A stretch of DNA of 64,000 nt from an uncultured Gemmatimonadaceae bacterium (GTDB taxonomy: Bacteria; Gemmatimonadota; Gemmatimonadetes; Gemmatimonadales; Gemmatimonadaceae), in contig CAVVTZ010000014.1 in assembly GCA_963751275.1 (NCBI GenBank), positions 1-64,000 on the forward strand. Direction: 5' to 3'. Both the position numbers and the translations under genes were made by a program. Below are positions 55,498 to 64,000 of this stretch, in pieces. Within the stretch, counting starts at the first letter, position 1, and every line of letters begins with the position of its first letter. The notes under the pieces were generated by a model. The model had not been told where the DNA came from. It was given only the letters and a program-made list of their open reading frames with translations, and searched no databases.

Positions 55498-56328
55498 TCA
55501 CTTGCCGGGCGCCGATCGCGGCGGGGCACCCTTCATCGCACGGAATACCAGCGACTGCGCGCCCGCGCCCTGGAAGGCCACACTATAGTAGCCATACGTC
55601 TTGGGATTCACCTTCACGAGCGCGGCGTTGAGCGTCGTGAGCGACGGCGTCACCCGCTCCCGCAGCTGGGGCAGGTTGAGCCGCGACTTCTCGATCCCCG
55701 CCAGCGCGCTCGGCAGCATCGGATTGAGGACCGCCGTCACGATCGGCGATCCACGCAGCGTGAGCGTGGGCTTCACATTGTGCCAGCCGGCGGTCACCGC
55801 GTGGATGTCCACGGGCATGCCCGGCGGCGGCACGAGCGCGGTCACGATCACGTTCAGGTCGAACGTCGCGGTGTAATCGGCGCCCGCCTGCTGCACGGGC
55901 ACCATCGGCATCGGGCCGACCGTGCCGTCCGCCGTCCCCGCGAGGCTGTTGCCGGCGATCTCGTACGCGACGTGGATCGTGTCACCCGAGATCCACCCGC
56001 TCACGCTCAGCGACGGTCCGGTGGTGCAGCTCGTGATCTTGGGATGGACGGTCATCGGGATGTCGCCGGCCGGCGACTTGATGACGGACGGATAGTTGCG
56101 CGGATTCTCGATCTCCGACTTCAACTCGGCGCACAGCTGCGCGCGCGTCGCGGGCCACGAGGCCAGCACGCTCTGCGTGAGGAGGCGCGAGAAGGTCTGC
56201 GTCTTGATGCCGGCGCCCGTCAGTTGCACATCGCCGGTGACCGGCGCGCCAATGGTGGCCGGCGATGGCGCCGCGACGGGTAGTGTGAGCGCCAGCGCGG
56301 CGAGCGCGGCGGCGAAGGATCGGATCAT
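55498..56328 (-). CDS. Exported hypothetical protein
   Basis: 276 aa ORF with signal peptide MIRSFAAALAALALTLPVAA and an upstream GAGG. Confidence 0.6.
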   Translation of the reverse strand: MIRSFAAALAALALTLPVAAPSPATIGAPVTGDVQLTGAGIKTQTFSRLLTQSVLASWPATRAQLCAELKSEIENPRNYPSVIKSPAGDIPMTVHPKITSCTTGPSLSVSGWISGDTIHVAYEIAGNSLAGTADGTVGPMPMVPVQQAGADYTATFDLNVIVTALVPPPGMPVDIHAVTAGWHNVKPTLTLRGSPIVTAVLNPMLPSALAGIEKSRLNLPQLRERVTPSLTTLNAALVKVNPKTYGYYSVAFQGAGAQSLVFRAMKGAPPRSAPGK

Positions 56329-56402
56329 GATGACGAACCTCGAACGGCAGATGGTTGCAATGCGAACAGGAATCTACCCCGCGTTCGCTCCGAAGTCCCG
56401 CA

Positions 56403-57518
56403 TCAGTCCGGCAGCCACTCCAGCGGCACGTCGCCGGCCCGCGCTTCCACCGCCGCGGCCTCCACGCGTGCCCGCTTCGAGGCCACGGTGCGCCACCACA
56501 TGTCCACGACGCGCTCGCGCGTGGGCTCGATGGGCTGCCCGAGCTTCGGCATCACGAGCGGCGCGCCCGCCGGCGGCGCGAGGCGCACGACGATCTCCGG
56601 CGGCTCGTCCCACGCATGCACGGCGAGGTTGAACGTTCCCCAGTGGATGGGCAGGAACGCGCCGGAGCCGAGCATGGTGTATGCCTTCACGGCGTTCGCG
56701 GGACCCATGTGGATGTCGCCCCAGGAGGGATGGAACGCGCCGATCTCCAGCGCCACCACATCGAAGGGGCCGAGGCGCTTCGCGATCTCGAGGTAGTCCG
56801 GCGTGAGCCCGCTGTCGCCGCTGAAGAAGAACGAGTGCTTGGGCCCGCGCAGATGGAACGACGACCAGAGCGTCGCGTTGCGGTCCTTGATCCCGCGCCC
56901 GGAGAAATGCTGCGACGGCGCCGCGGTGATCGTCACGCCGCGCACCGCGGTCTCCTCCCACCAATCGAGCTCGGTGATCTTCTTCGCCGCGATGCCCCAT
57001 CGCTCGAGATGCGCGCCGACGCCGAACGACGTGATGAACGGCACGCCCATGCGCGCGAGCGCACGGATGGTGCCGCGGTCGAGATGATCGTAGTGGTCGT
57101 GCGAGATGACCACCGCGTCGAGCGGCGGCAGCGCGGCGAGCGGCACCGGCGGTGGATGGAAGCGCTTGGGTCCGGCGAAGGGCAGCGGCGACGCGCGCTT
57201 CCCCCACACCGGATCGGTGAGCACGCGAACGCCGTCGATCTCGATGAGCAGCGTCGAGTGACCGAGCCAGGTGGCGCGCAGCCCCGAGTCGCTCTTCTTC
57301 GTCCAGAACGGCGCGGGATCGACCAGCGGGAACACGCCCGCCGGGATGCGCGGTTCGGTGGCACAGAGGAACTCGCGCAGCGTCGGGCGCTCCACCCCCT
57401 TCTTGAAGCCCGATGACACCGGCTGCGTGTTCACGAACGCGCGGCCGTTGAATCGTGGCGAGGCAGCGATGCGTTCGGCGCGCAGATCGTCCGGTGTGCG
57501 ACGTGACTTTCCTGACAT
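56403..57518 (-). CDS. MBL-fold metallo-hydrolase (RomA/NAPE-PLD-like)
   Basis: TWLGHST, LTDPVW, ISHDHYDHLD, HFSGR, FSGDSG, PIHWGTF. Confidence 0.9.
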   Translation of the reverse strand: MSGKSRRTPDDLRAERIAASPRFNGRAFVNTQPVSSGFKKGVERPTLREFLCATEPRIPAGVFPLVDPAPFWTKKSDSGLRATWLGHSTLLIEIDGVRVLTDPVWGKRASPLPFAGPKRFHPPPVPLAALPPLDAVVISHDHYDHLDRGTIRALARMGVPFITSFGVGAHLERWGIAAKKITELDWWEETAVRGVTITAAPSQHFSGRGIKDRNATLWSSFHLRGPKHSFFFSGDSGLTPDYLEIAKRLGPFDVVALEIGAFHPSWGDIHMGPANAVKAYTMLGSGAFLPIHWGTFNLAVHAWDEPPEIVVRLAPPAGAPLVMPKLGQPIEPTRERVVDMWWRTVASKRARVEAAAVEARAGDVPLEWLPD

Positions 57519-57578
57519 GATTTCCCGGTTCGAGTCTGTATATAGAATGCGAAAGGTCCCATTGCCGAGGAGCCGGCC

Positions 57579-57881
57579 ATGAAGAAGAAAGCGGTTGGGA
57601 AGGCGAGGAAGGCGAGCGCCGTCACCAAGCTCGAGGACATCCCGAACGTCGGGGCGTCGATCGCGGGCGACCTGCGCCGGATCGGGCTCCATCTCCCGAG
57701 CGAACTTCCCGGCCACGATCCCTACGAAATGTACATCGCGCTCTGCCGGATATCGCGGAAGCGCCAGGATCCGTGCGTGCTCGACACGTTCATGGCAGCG
57801 GTGCGGTTCATGGAGGGCGCTCCGCCGAAGCCGTGGTGGAAGTACACCGCGGAGCGGAAGCGGGAGTATCCGGGGCTGTAG
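57579..57881 (+). CDS. Helix-hairpin-helix Cdd1-like (mitomycin-resistance-type) protein
   Basis: LEDIPNVGASIAGDL, DPYEMY, QDPCVLDTF, PWWKYT. Confidence 0.8.
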   Translation: MKKKAVGKARKASAVTKLEDIPNVGASIAGDLRRIGLHLPSELPGHDPYEMYIALCRISRKRQDPCVLDTFMAAVRFMEGAPPKPWWKYTAERKREYPGL

Positions 57882-57894
57882 GGGAAACAAAGCG

Positions 57895-57972
57895 TTTGAC
57901 AGGATGCACAAGATGATCATGATGACAACCCGTGAGTTGTTCCATCATGATCATCATGTGCATCCTGTCAAA
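57895..57972. repeat. Palindrome of 9-nt subunits, copy N1
   Basis: TTTGACAGGATGCACAAGATGATCATGATG...CATCATGATCATCATGTGCATCCTGTCAAA. Confidence 0.9.
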
Positions 57973-58012
57973 AGGCAGTGCTGTTTGTTCAACAGTACTG
58001 CCCTTACACGCA

Positions 58013-58828
58013 TCAGAGATGCTTCGATCCCAGCCACGCGAGACAGGCGTCGGCGATCTCGCGCCATCCGCTGTCGATCGTGAGCGAGTGCCCGCGTCCC
58101 GGGAATTCCTTCAGCTCGGTGGATGCGGCCGAGTGCCGGTAGCAGCGCTGCGTGCTGTGTGAGAGCACGGGCGGCACCGTGTGGTCCTCCATGCCGGCGG
58201 TGATGAGCAGCGGCCCGCGCGTCGCGTTCGCGGTGTTCACCTTGGTGGCCGACCGCGGGTTGAACGCCGCGGTCGCCGCCTGGAAGAGCGGCCGCGCCGG
58301 CGACGGCATGTTGTACTTCGCGTACAGTTCCTTGGCCTCGGCCTCCGGCACGGCGTTCGTGAAGGCGTAGCGGAATTGCGCCTCGGTGAGCGACACCGCC
58401 TTGCCGTAATTGAGCGGATTCCCGAGCGCCGGGAACGCGGCCTTGAGCGCGGAGGGCGGCAGCTGCCAGACGCCGCGAATGGGCGCCGGATCGATGGCGA
58501 TCGCCGCGCACGCGAGATCGCGGCCGAGGAGATTCTGCGCGAGCAGCCCACCAAAGGAGTGCCCGATGACGATCGGCTTGCGATTGAACTTGGAGAGCTG
58601 CCCCGCGATATGATTCGCGATCTCGGTGACACCGTAGCCGGCGACCGCGGTGGGGTTCAGGCGCGTGGCCAGCGTGGTCTCGCCGTCGCCGGGCCATTTC
58701 GCGGCGGCGGCCTCGTAGCCCTTCCGCTTGAAGTAGTCCACCCAGCGATTCCATGACTCCGCGTGCAACCAGAGGCCGTGGATGAACACGACGGGCGACT
58801 TTCCGGTGGGCTCGGCGCTCATGTGCAT
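58013..58828 (-). CDS. Alpha/beta hydrolase
   Basis: VFIHGLW, IGHSFGG nucleophile elbow, EDHTVP, RGHSL. Confidence 0.9.
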   Translation of the reverse strand: MHMSAEPTGKSPVVFIHGLWLHAESWNRWVDYFKRKGYEAAAAKWPGDGETTLATRLNPTAVAGYGVTEIANHIAGQLSKFNRKPIVIGHSFGGLLAQNLLGRDLACAAIAIDPAPIRGVWQLPPSALKAAFPALGNPLNYGKAVSLTEAQFRYAFTNAVPEAEAKELYAKYNMPSPARPLFQAATAAFNPRSATKVNTANATRGPLLITAGMEDHTVPPVLSHSTQRCYRHSAASTELKEFPGRGHSLTIDSGWREIADACLAWLGSKHL

Positions 58829-58861
58829 GCTCCTGTGCTTGGTTGAAGATCACAGAACTAC

Positions 58862-59101
58862 TTTGACAGGATTGACATGATGATCATGATGGAACAACGC
58901 ACGAGGTGCCATCACGAACATCATGTTCATCATGTCAAATGATTTTGCTTTCCCACGCACGATTCACCAGTACAAACGGAGATCATACAACTGCTTTTGA
59001 CAGGATTGACATGATGATCATGATGGAACGACTCGCGCGTTGTCATCATGAACATCATGTTCATCATGTCAAATGCTTTGCGGTTCCCACGCACGACTCA
59101 C
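58862..59101. repeat. Tandem duplication (period ~134 bp) of the 9-nt-subunit palindrome, copies N2 and N3
   Basis: TTTGACAGGATTGACATGATGATCATGATGGAAC at 58862 and 58996, each followed by CATCATGTTCATCATGTCAAATG and TTCCCACGCACGA. Confidence 0.9.
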
Positions 59102-59142
59102 AAAAAAAAATGGCCGCGAACCGGGGAGGTTCGCAAGCCATT
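59102..59142 (-). terminator. Rho-independent terminator of the desaturase gene
   Basis: Minus strand AATGGCTTGCGAACC-TCCCC-GGTTCGCGGCCATTTTTTTTT. Confidence 0.75.
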
Positions 59143-59164
59143 GTGACGCTGAAACGCAGAAACG

Positions 59165-60265
59165 TTACCGCCAGGAGACCGGGACCGCCTCGGGCTTGGT
59201 CGCGAGGATCTCGGCGCCGGCGGCGATCTCGGAGGTGATCCGGTCCTTGATCGCGCGGAGGTCCTTGAAGCGCACGAGCTTGCCGGCGTCCTCATCCCAC
59301 AGCGTCAGGCGCAGCGTAGTGATGCTCTTCCACAGTGAGAGGCGCGTCACGTTGCGCAGCTCGGGATTCTCATCGTACGCGCGTTGCAGCTCGTAGTTCG
59401 GGATGCGGCTCGCGATGTGGTGGATGTGATGCAGGCCGATGCTGGCGGTGCACCACTGGAAGAAGCGCGGCATCGTGAGGTGCGACGCACCTTCGAGTCC
59501 CGCCGCGTAGTAGTTCCACTTCTCGCGATAGCGCCAGTACGTGTCCTCGTATTGGTGCTGCACGTAGAAGAGGAAGACGCCGATGGAGCCGGCGATGAGC
59601 GTGATCGGCAGCTGAACCTTGAGGAAGTTGACGATGCCGAGCTGCCACCACATCAGCGCGATGAGCGCGAAGAGCGCGACGTTCGTGATCTGCACGCCGA
59701 CGATCTCGCGCTTCCAGCCGCGCGGAATGTCGAGCGGCATGCGGTGTTTGAGGATGAACTGCCACGTAGGCCCCACGAGCAGGAGCACGGTGGGGTGGCG
59801 GTACATGCGGTAGAGTACGCGCTTGAACTTGGAGCGGCTCAAATATTCCTTCACCGTGAGCGTGTCGATGTCGCCGAGCCCGCGCACGTCGAGGTTGCCG
59901 CTCGTGGCATGATGGATCGCGTGGGTGCGGCGCCAGTACGCGTACGGCACGAGCGTGAACACGCCGAGCACACCGCCGACGAGATTGTTCATGCGCTGCG
60001 ACCGGAAGAACGATCCGTGTCCGCAATCATGCTGCAGCATGAAGAGCCGCATGATCATGAACGCCGCCGGCACGCTGAGGATGAGCGTCAGCCAGTAGCC
60101 GACCTTGAGGCTCCAGAGCGCGCCGAACCAGAACGCCGCGAGGAGCACGGACGTGACGACGAGCTGGAAGACGCTCTTCCACCCCACCGGATTCCGGTAG
60201 GGAGCGAGCATCTTGTTCCAGTCGATCGGCGGCGTCATGTCGGCCGCGGGCACATTTTCGGTCAT
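59165..60265 (-). CDS. Membrane fatty acid desaturase
   Basis: His boxes HDCGH, HAIHH, HHIHH; FYVQHQY. Confidence 0.92.
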   Translation of the reverse strand: MTENVPAADMTPPIDWNKMLAPYRNPVGWKSVFQLVVTSVLLAAFWFGALWSLKVGYWLTLILSVPAAFMIMRLFMLQHDCGHGSFFRSQRMNNLVGGVLGVFTLVPYAYWRRTHAIHHATSGNLDVRGLGDIDTLTVKEYLSRSKFKRVLYRMYRHPTVLLLVGPTWQFILKHRMPLDIPRGWKREIVGVQITNVALFALIALMWWQLGIVNFLKVQLPITLIAGSIGVFLFYVQHQYEDTYWRYREKWNYYAAGLEGASHLTMPRFFQWCTASIGLHHIHHIASRIPNYELQRAYDENPELRNVTRLSLWKSITTLRLTLWDEDAGKLVRFKDLRAIKDRITSEIAAGAEILATKPEAVPVSWR

Positions 60266-60311
60266 GCCTTCAATCTAATCCATCGCGCACCCTAATTGAA
60301 CTGCTGACTAC

Positions 60312-60508
60312 CGACGTCGAGCGTGACACCGCGACGGCGAGCGTGACACCGCGGACGGCGAGCGTGACACCGCGGACGGCGCCTGTGATCGTTGACGTGT
60401 GGCAAAGGCGCCTCCGCGACGCATTCGCCGTTGCCACACGTTAACGACCAGACGCGCCGTCAGCGGCGCCAGCTTCGCCGTCAGCGTCGTCACACTCGCC
60501 GTCCGCGG
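60312..60508. repeat. Palindrome with 21-nt tandem subunits, copy T1
   Basis: About three GACGGCGAGCGTGACACCGCG units, core GACGGCGCCTGTGATCGTTGACGTGTGGCAA, then the inverted arm. Confidence 0.88.
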
Positions 60509-61422
60509 TTCCCACCTAGAATGCATTCGCGCAATTCACTCGGCGTCACGCCGACCTCACGCCGGCAGACCCCCACCAGGTGCGAGTGACTCGCGAATCC
60601 CGCCGCGTGCGCCACCGCGGACAGATTCCGTGTGCCGATCTCGTCCATCACGTGCCGCAGCCGGATCCCCACGCGGTACGCGTGCATCGTCTGCCCCGTC
60701 TCCTCGCGGAACACGCGGCACAAATGGAAGGGCGACGTGCCGAGCGCGCGCGCAATGTCACGCACCGAGCGGTTCTCGAAGGGCGAGCGGGCCAATTCCG
60801 CGCGCGCCGCTTCGGCCAGATCGCGACGGCGCGCCGCCGCACGCGCGCGGCGCGGAGCCTCGCGATCGCGCGCGTGCGCCAGGGCGAGTACCGCACTCAC
60901 GATCGACATGCCCTCTTCCTCGATCTCGAGCGCCGTCGCCCGTCCATTCGCCGCGCGCTCGCCCAGGATCCGCTGCCGCGCGGAGAGCCGCGCGTTCCCC
61001 GGCGCCCGCTCGAACTTGAACGGACGCTCGGGTGACTCCGCGGCCGCCGGCGCGTGCGAGCCCGCCACCTCGCGCGCCAACGGATCCGACAGCGCGATCC
61101 AGTCACACCGATCCCCCGCATCGGCGATCGGGAACCGCTCGTACCGCTGGCCGCGATCGTAGATCGTGATCACGTTCGGATCGGCGACGAACTTCCGCGA
61201 TCCCTCGTGCCGGATCCAGACGCTCGTGCGCGGGAAGACGACCACCGCCTCGCGGATGGGACCCGTATCGCGGAACGACGGATGCGAGCGGTCGCAACGG
61301 AAGCGACCGAGCGTCACGCCGCCGCCCTCGTACACGATGGTGTCGAGCGCGCGTGGTTCGCGTTCCGGGCAATGGCGTGGAAGCGGCGCCGCACGTTCAA
61401 CGTTTGCTTGAATGACCGTCAT
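60490..61422 (-). CDS. AraC family transcriptional regulator; start uncertain
   Basis: SVRDIARALGTSPFHLCRVFREETG; VAHAAGFASHSHL...GVTPS. Confidence 0.88.
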   Translation of the reverse strand: MTVIQANVERAAPLPRHCPEREPRALDTIVYEGGGVTLGRFRCDRSHPSFRDTGPIREAVVVFPRTSVWIRHEGSRKFVADPNVITIYDRGQRYERFPIADAGDRCDWIALSDPLAREVAGSHAPAAAESPERPFKFERAPGNARLSARQRILGERAANGRATALEIEEEGMSIVSAVLALAHARDREAPRRARAAARRRDLAEAARAELARSPFENRSVRDIARALGTSPFHLCRVFREETGQTMHAYRVGIRLRHVMDEIGTRNLSAVAHAAGFASHSHLVGVCRREVGVTPSELRECILGGNRGRRV

Positions 61423-61437
61423 CCTGGAGGCTCCCGC

Positions 61438-62392
61438 ATGCGCCGTATCCTGTTCGCGTCGTTGGCACTACGTCTCGCGCTCGCCCCGTGTGTCAGCGCC
61501 CAGGCGGGCGCTGCACCGGCTGGCCCTGATACCCCGCCCGCCGACCAAATGCAGCGCGCGGCCGCGGCCTTCAATGCGTCGAACTGGAAGGACGCGAACG
61601 CCCAGTACGCCGCGATCGCGAAGAAATACCCCAAGAGCGCGCTCGCGCAGTTCCGGACGGGCGTCACGCTCACGGAACTCGGACGCCCCGGCCGAGGCGC
61701 TGCCGTACCTGCGTATCGGCGAGAAACTCGGCATCCCGCCCGGCAACGTGTCGTACCGTCTCGCCGAAGCGTTCGCCGAGATGAAGATGCCCGACTCCGC
61801 GATCGCCGAGCTCAAACGCGGCGCGTCGATCGGATTCTTCCTTCCGGCCTCGGCGCTCACCGGCGACGCACACTTCGCGAGCCTCAAGAGTCACAGCGAA
61901 TGGGCGGTGGTGCTCGATCAGTACGACGCGATCGTGCAGCCATGCCGGCACGACCCGCGCTTCCGCGAATTCGACTTCTGGATCGGCGATTGGGATGTGC
62001 GCCCGAACGGCGCGCCGGCGGGCGGGCCATCATCGCGCAACGTCGTCACGCTCGAGGAGAACGGGTGCGTCGTGATGGAGCATTGGACCGGACTCGGCGG
62101 CAGCACCGGCCAGAGCTTCAACATCTTCGACCGGTCCATGGGCAAGTGGCGCCAGACATGGGTGGACAACTTCGGCGGCCAGCACGACTACGCGGGATCG
62201 TTGATCGGCGGCAACATGATGTTCGAGGGGACGACCCCCGCCGCGAACGGCCAACTCGGCCGCGTGCCGACGAAGCTGACGTTCTTCCACATCAGCGCGG
62301 ATACGGTGCGACAGTTCTCTCAAACGTCCGCGGACAGCGGGAGAACATGGACGGTCGCGTATGATCTGATCTACGTCCGCCGGAAGCCGTAA
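61438..62392 (+). CDS. Exported TPR-containing protein with C-terminal FDFWIGDW beta domain; apparent frameshift near 61688
   Basis: GGAGG + ATG 61438; signal peptide; TPR-like helices; EFDFWIGDWDV, WRQTWVD, SADSGRTW. Confidence 0.7.
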
Positions 62393-62608
62393 CGGCGAGG
62401 GTGACGACGCTGACGGCGAGTATGACACCGCTGACGGCGCCTGTGATCGTTGACGTGTGGCAACTGCAACAGCGACGGCGCGTCTGGCCGTTAGGGTGTG
62501 GCGACTGCTAATGTGTCGCGGAAGCGTAGTTGCCACACGTCAACGATCACAGGCGCCGTCAGCGTCGTCACCCTCGCCGTCAGGGTCGTCACCCTCGCCG
62601 TCAGCCGT
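62391..62608. repeat. Palindrome with 21-nt tandem subunits, copy T2
   Basis: Same core GACGGCGCCTGTGATCGTTGACGTGTGGCAA and an exact inverted copy TTGCCACACGTCAACGATCACAGGCGCCGTC. Confidence 0.9.
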
Positions 62609-62614
62609 TAGCGA

Positions 62615-63010
62615 CTATGCGCCCACTCCGGGCCGCCGCGCCACGAAGATCTTTCCGCCGAGCCAGCACTGCGGGATCGCGAGCACAACGAGCGCGATCG
62701 GGTACCAATGCGGTCCGAGTCCGAGATTCCACGTCGCGAGCATACCGATCAACGCGAGCAACGCGCCGACGAGGCCGAGGATGAGCGCGTGCTTCATCGG
62801 GTTGGCCGGGGCGAGCCGCGCGGTAAGCCACCCGCCGGCGATGCCGATCGGGATCCGATAGGCGGTCGACAGCGCCGCGTGCAGGTCGTTAATGGGCGCG
62901 TTCGCCGGGGGGAAGAACCCGGTCACGTGCAAGATGACGTCGACGATTGTCGTCACGATGAAGACGAACAATACGCCGGCGACCACGGCCCAGATGGATC
63001 TCCACTTCAT
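62615..63010 (-). CDS. Small 4-TM membrane protein
   Basis: RSIWAVVAG, GGWLTARLAP, GPHWYPIAL, WLGG. Confidence 0.7.
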   Translation of the reverse strand: MKWRSIWAVVAGVLFVFIVTTIVDVILHVTGFFPPANAPINDLHAALSTAYRIPIGIAGGWLTARLAPANPMKHALILGLVGALLALIGMLATWNLGLGPHWYPIALVVLAIPQCWLGGKIFVARRPGVGA

Positions 63011-63031
63011 CGCGAGTGTCTCCCGTGTGCG

Positions 63032-64000
63032 TTAGAGATAGCTGAGCCACGCATCGCTGCGGCGCTGCTTGAGCCCGGCGAACCACCGGCACGCGGGATA
63101 GCAGGCGATCACCACGAGCGCCCAAACAAGATAGACCACCGGCAGCGAGTATCCCCAGTTCGGCGGCGGCGTGAACGGATAGTTGCCCAGGTCCGGCGAC
63201 TCGAACATCCAGTGCGCGGTGCCGTATCGCACCCAGCAGGTGGCCACGGCCAGTGCGTGGATGAGCGAGAAGTGCAGGATGTAATAGAACATTGGCACCT
63301 TGCCGTACACGAGTGCCGGGCGGAGCGAGCGCGGCGTTGCACGGTCCACCGCCCAGAGGAAGACGAGCGCGGGGCCGAGCGTCATCAGCAGGAATGAGAG
63401 CGACGGCGGATACTTGGTCACGTTGAGGAAGGAGAGCAGCGTGAACAGTGGCGTCGCCATCGTCTTCCAGGGACGCGGGTCGCCATAGATGTTCACTCCG
63501 CGCACGAGGATGAACGCCGCCGTGATCGCGAGCCCCGCGCGCAACAGGAATGCGCGGCGGCGGTCGCCGTCCCAGCTGTAGACCTGCCCGAGCCCGTAGC
63601 CCACCGCGGTCACGCCGATCCACGGGATGAGCGGATACGCGACGAATACCACGTGTTCCTTCGTGTTGAGCACGAAGCCGGGCTGGTGCAGGATGTTCCA
63701 AAAGGGACTCGCGATGCGCAGGCCGTCGAGCGCGTTGTGCCCCAGGATCATCACGATGCCGATCGCCGTCACTGCGGCCACGGGCAGGCGCACGATGAGT
63801 CCGAGGAAGATCATCGCCCAGCCGAGCGCCCAGAGCACGAGCAGCATCGTTACGCGGTAGTCGAAATTGAATTGGTAGCTGAGGCAGCGGAGCACGACGA
63901 TCTCGAGGAGGATCAGCCAGAGCCCGCGCGTGATCAGGAACTTCGAGAGATCGGCCACCGAGCGGCGGCGCAGCGCGAGATACGCGCCGGTGCCCGTGAG
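63032..64000 (-). CDS. DUF1624 / heparan N-acetyltransferase-like membrane protein, 5' end outside the window
   Basis: FLITRGLWL, YPLIPWIGV, FLNVTKYPPSL, GKVPMFYYILH, WLSYL. Confidence 0.8.
   Translation of the reverse strand, partial: LTGTGAYLALRRRSVADLSKFLITRGLWLILLEIVVLRCLSYQFNFDYRVTMLLVLWALGWAMIFLGLIVRLPVAAVTAIGIVMILGHNALDGLRIASPFWNILHQPGFVLNTKEHVVFVAYPLIPWIGVTAVGYGLGQVYSWDGDRRRAFLLRAGLAITAAFILVRGVNIYGDPRPWKTMATPLFTLLSFLNVTKYPPSLSFLLMTLGPALVFLWAVDRATPRSLRPALVYGKVPMFYYILHFSLIHALAVATCWVRYGTAHWMFESPDLGNYPFTPPPNWGYSLPVVYLVWALVVIACYPACRWFAGLKQRRSDAWLSYL

Noticed and set aside
57520..57545. tRNA fragment (GGTTCGAGTC, T-loop-like)
   Set aside because: No cloverleaf, acceptor stem or CCA; it lies in a 60-nt divergent promoter gap
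58862..59101. CRISPR array
   Set aside because: Only two long palindromic units, no series of unique spacers and no cas genes
60312..60380. CRISPR-like direct repeats
   Set aside because: The 21-nt units are contiguous with no spacers and are mirrored by an inverted arm

Overview
GC-rich bacterial chromosomal window, probably Gemmatimonadota (inferred from ribosomal protein sequences and an ADOP-type permease, not searched). 1-10.7 kb holds housekeeping genes: purA, DUF456, a DapA-family enzyme, a D-2-hydroxyacid dehydrogenase, MgtC, trpS, suhB, a fused FTCD, a Tat DsrE-like protein and a DmpA peptidase. 10.7-27.2 kb is a minus-strand fusA-tuf-S10-spc-secY-adk-map cluster. Several of its ribosomal proteins carry low-complexity extensions, and infA/alpha-operon genes do not follow map. 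rpsL-rpsG (39.65-40.5 kb) are separated from fusA by a ~12 kb block bounded by long palindromes. That block encodes a signal-peptide-bearing glutaminase, an exported amidohydrolase, five predicted outer-membrane beta-barrels, a K+ channel, HdeD and cardiolipin synthase. It is the best candidate for a little-described envelope (periplasmic ammonia-releasing) acid-resistance system. 40.7-64 kb is accessory: a GMC/gluconate-DH-subunit/TIM-barrel sugar-oxidation cluster, exported peptidases, NmrA, an ADOP permease, YaeQ, an MBL hydrolase, a desaturase and AraC. Many intergenic spaces hold palindromic elements of several families, some built from 7-, 9-, 13- or 21-nt tandem subunits and some sharing modules. 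No transposase, integrase, tRNA, rRNA or CRISPR array was seen. About 15 genes, including fusA, trpS, map and purA, carry apparent single-base frameshifts, most likely uncorrected long-read errors.
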